Assembly: GCA_963707635.1 (NCBI GenBank)
Contig: OY970173.1
Location: 1,536,001 to 1,600,000 of the forward strand
Direction: 5' to 3'
Source: Candidatus Latescibacterota bacterium
GTDB taxonomy: Bacteria; Krumholzibacteriota; Krumholzibacteriia; WVZY01; JAKEHA01
DNA length: 64,000 nt
The notes beneath the pieces are model-generated. The model was given only the letters and a program-made list of their open reading frames with translations, was not told the DNA's origin and searched no databases. Below are positions 63,307 to 64,000 of this stretch, one piece after another. The translations under genes were made by a program, and so were the position numbers. How positions within the stretch are numbered: the first letter of the stretch is position 1; every line of letters begins with the position of its first letter.

Positions 63307-64000
63307 TGACAACCCACACACGCCGCCTGTGCGCCGGGCTTTCGGTCGTGCTCGCGCTCGCGTGCGCCGGCGGGCACGGCGGCGCGCCGCCGGCGAAGGT
63401 CGAGCCGACGCTCGCGGAGCGCCTGAAACCGATGTCGCCCGCGGATCAGCTCGCGACCCTGCGCCCGCTCGGGGCGGCCGATACGTCGAACGCGGACCTC
63501 GCCTTCTACACCGGCAACGCGTACTACGCCGTCGGCAGCGCATTCTCGCCGGAGCAGCACGGCCAGGCGGTGGCGTACTTCGACAGCGCGGTCGTGGAGT
63601 ACCAGCGCGCGGTGCGCGTCGACTCGACGATGTCGAAGGCGTGGGTCAACATGGGACTCGCGTTCGAGGCGAAGAGTGGCAACTCGGAGGCCCGCCGGGC
63701 GTTCCAGTCGGCGATTGCCATCAACCCCCGCGACGTGCTGGCCTATTGCCACCTGGGATACCTCGAGCAGCAGAGCGGGAACGTTTCGCAGGCGATAGGC
63801 CTGTACAAGCAGGCGCTCGCGATCGACGCCAACTCCGCGCAGGCGCACTACAACCTCGGGCTCGCCTTCGCAGAAGCGAAAGTTTTCAAGGAAGCGGTGT
63901 TGGAATGGGAAACGGTGGTGCGTCTCGACCCCGACGGGGAACTGGGGCGGACCGCGGCCGAGAACGTGAAGATCATCCGGCAGTATTTGAGCGCGACGCC
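63306..64000 (+). CDS. Tetratricopeptide-repeat lipoprotein (runs off the window end)
   Basis: TAATG overlap with the barrel gene; LALAC lipobox; repeats AWVNMG.A, AYCHLG, AHYNLG.A. Confidence 0.85.
   Translation, partial: MTTHTRRLCAGLSVVLALACAGGHGGAPPAKVEPTLAERLKPMSPADQLATLRPLGAADTSNADLAFYTGNAYYAVGSAFSPEQHGQAVAYFDSAVVEYQRAVRVDSTMSKAWVNMGLAFEAKSGNSEARRAFQSAIAINPRDVLAYCHLGYLEQQSGNVSQAIGLYKQALAIDANSAQAHYNLGLAFAEAKVFKEAVLEWETVVRLDPDGELGRTAAENVKIIRQYLSAT

Overview
High-GC bacterial chromosome segment. The gene content (diderm envelope, PorV/PorQ-like barrel, FlgD-type C-terminal domains, TonB-ExbBD, AsmA) suggests an FCB-superphylum candidate lineage such as Latescibacterota/Krumholzibacteriota; this is inference only. 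Bases 1-4.3 kb are the distal part of an rRNA operon (16S 3' end, tRNA-Ile, tRNA-Ala, 23S, 5S, terminator). The 23S gene is interrupted at E. coli position U1931 by a 629-nt group I intron (2505-3133) with recognisable P1/P3/P4/P7/P8/P9/P10 elements and an intact single-motif LAGLIDADG homing endonuclease in loop L8. The rest is housekeeping and envelope genes: nadE-archease-acyP, pruA, a long glycan/envelope region, EF-G2-yebC-ruvCAB-queA-asmA-tgt-yajC-def-fmt-PASTA-rpe, ffh-rpsP-khpA-rimM-trmD-rplS-rnhB-yraN, an orphan GspE/PilB ATPase, lat, and tonB-exbB-exbD followed by outer-membrane proteins. Structure not explained by the gene calls: (i) an ~85-bp covarying hairpin element present twice (42264-42347 and 52951-53037), each copy starting an MRDCGLAP micro-ORF, one of them coupled to def; (ii) a ~205-nt structured leader with three GACAGG repeats ahead of a FlgD-CTD / PorV-like / ligase operon; (iii) candidate structured leaders for ffh and a polysaccharide operon; (iv) a G12 tract in a methyltransferase; (v) recurrent leaderless promoters and 18-bp promoter spacers. 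Five +1 frameshifts (ffh twice, tgt, two others) look like systematic sequencing errors. No CRISPR array, IS element or prophage was seen.
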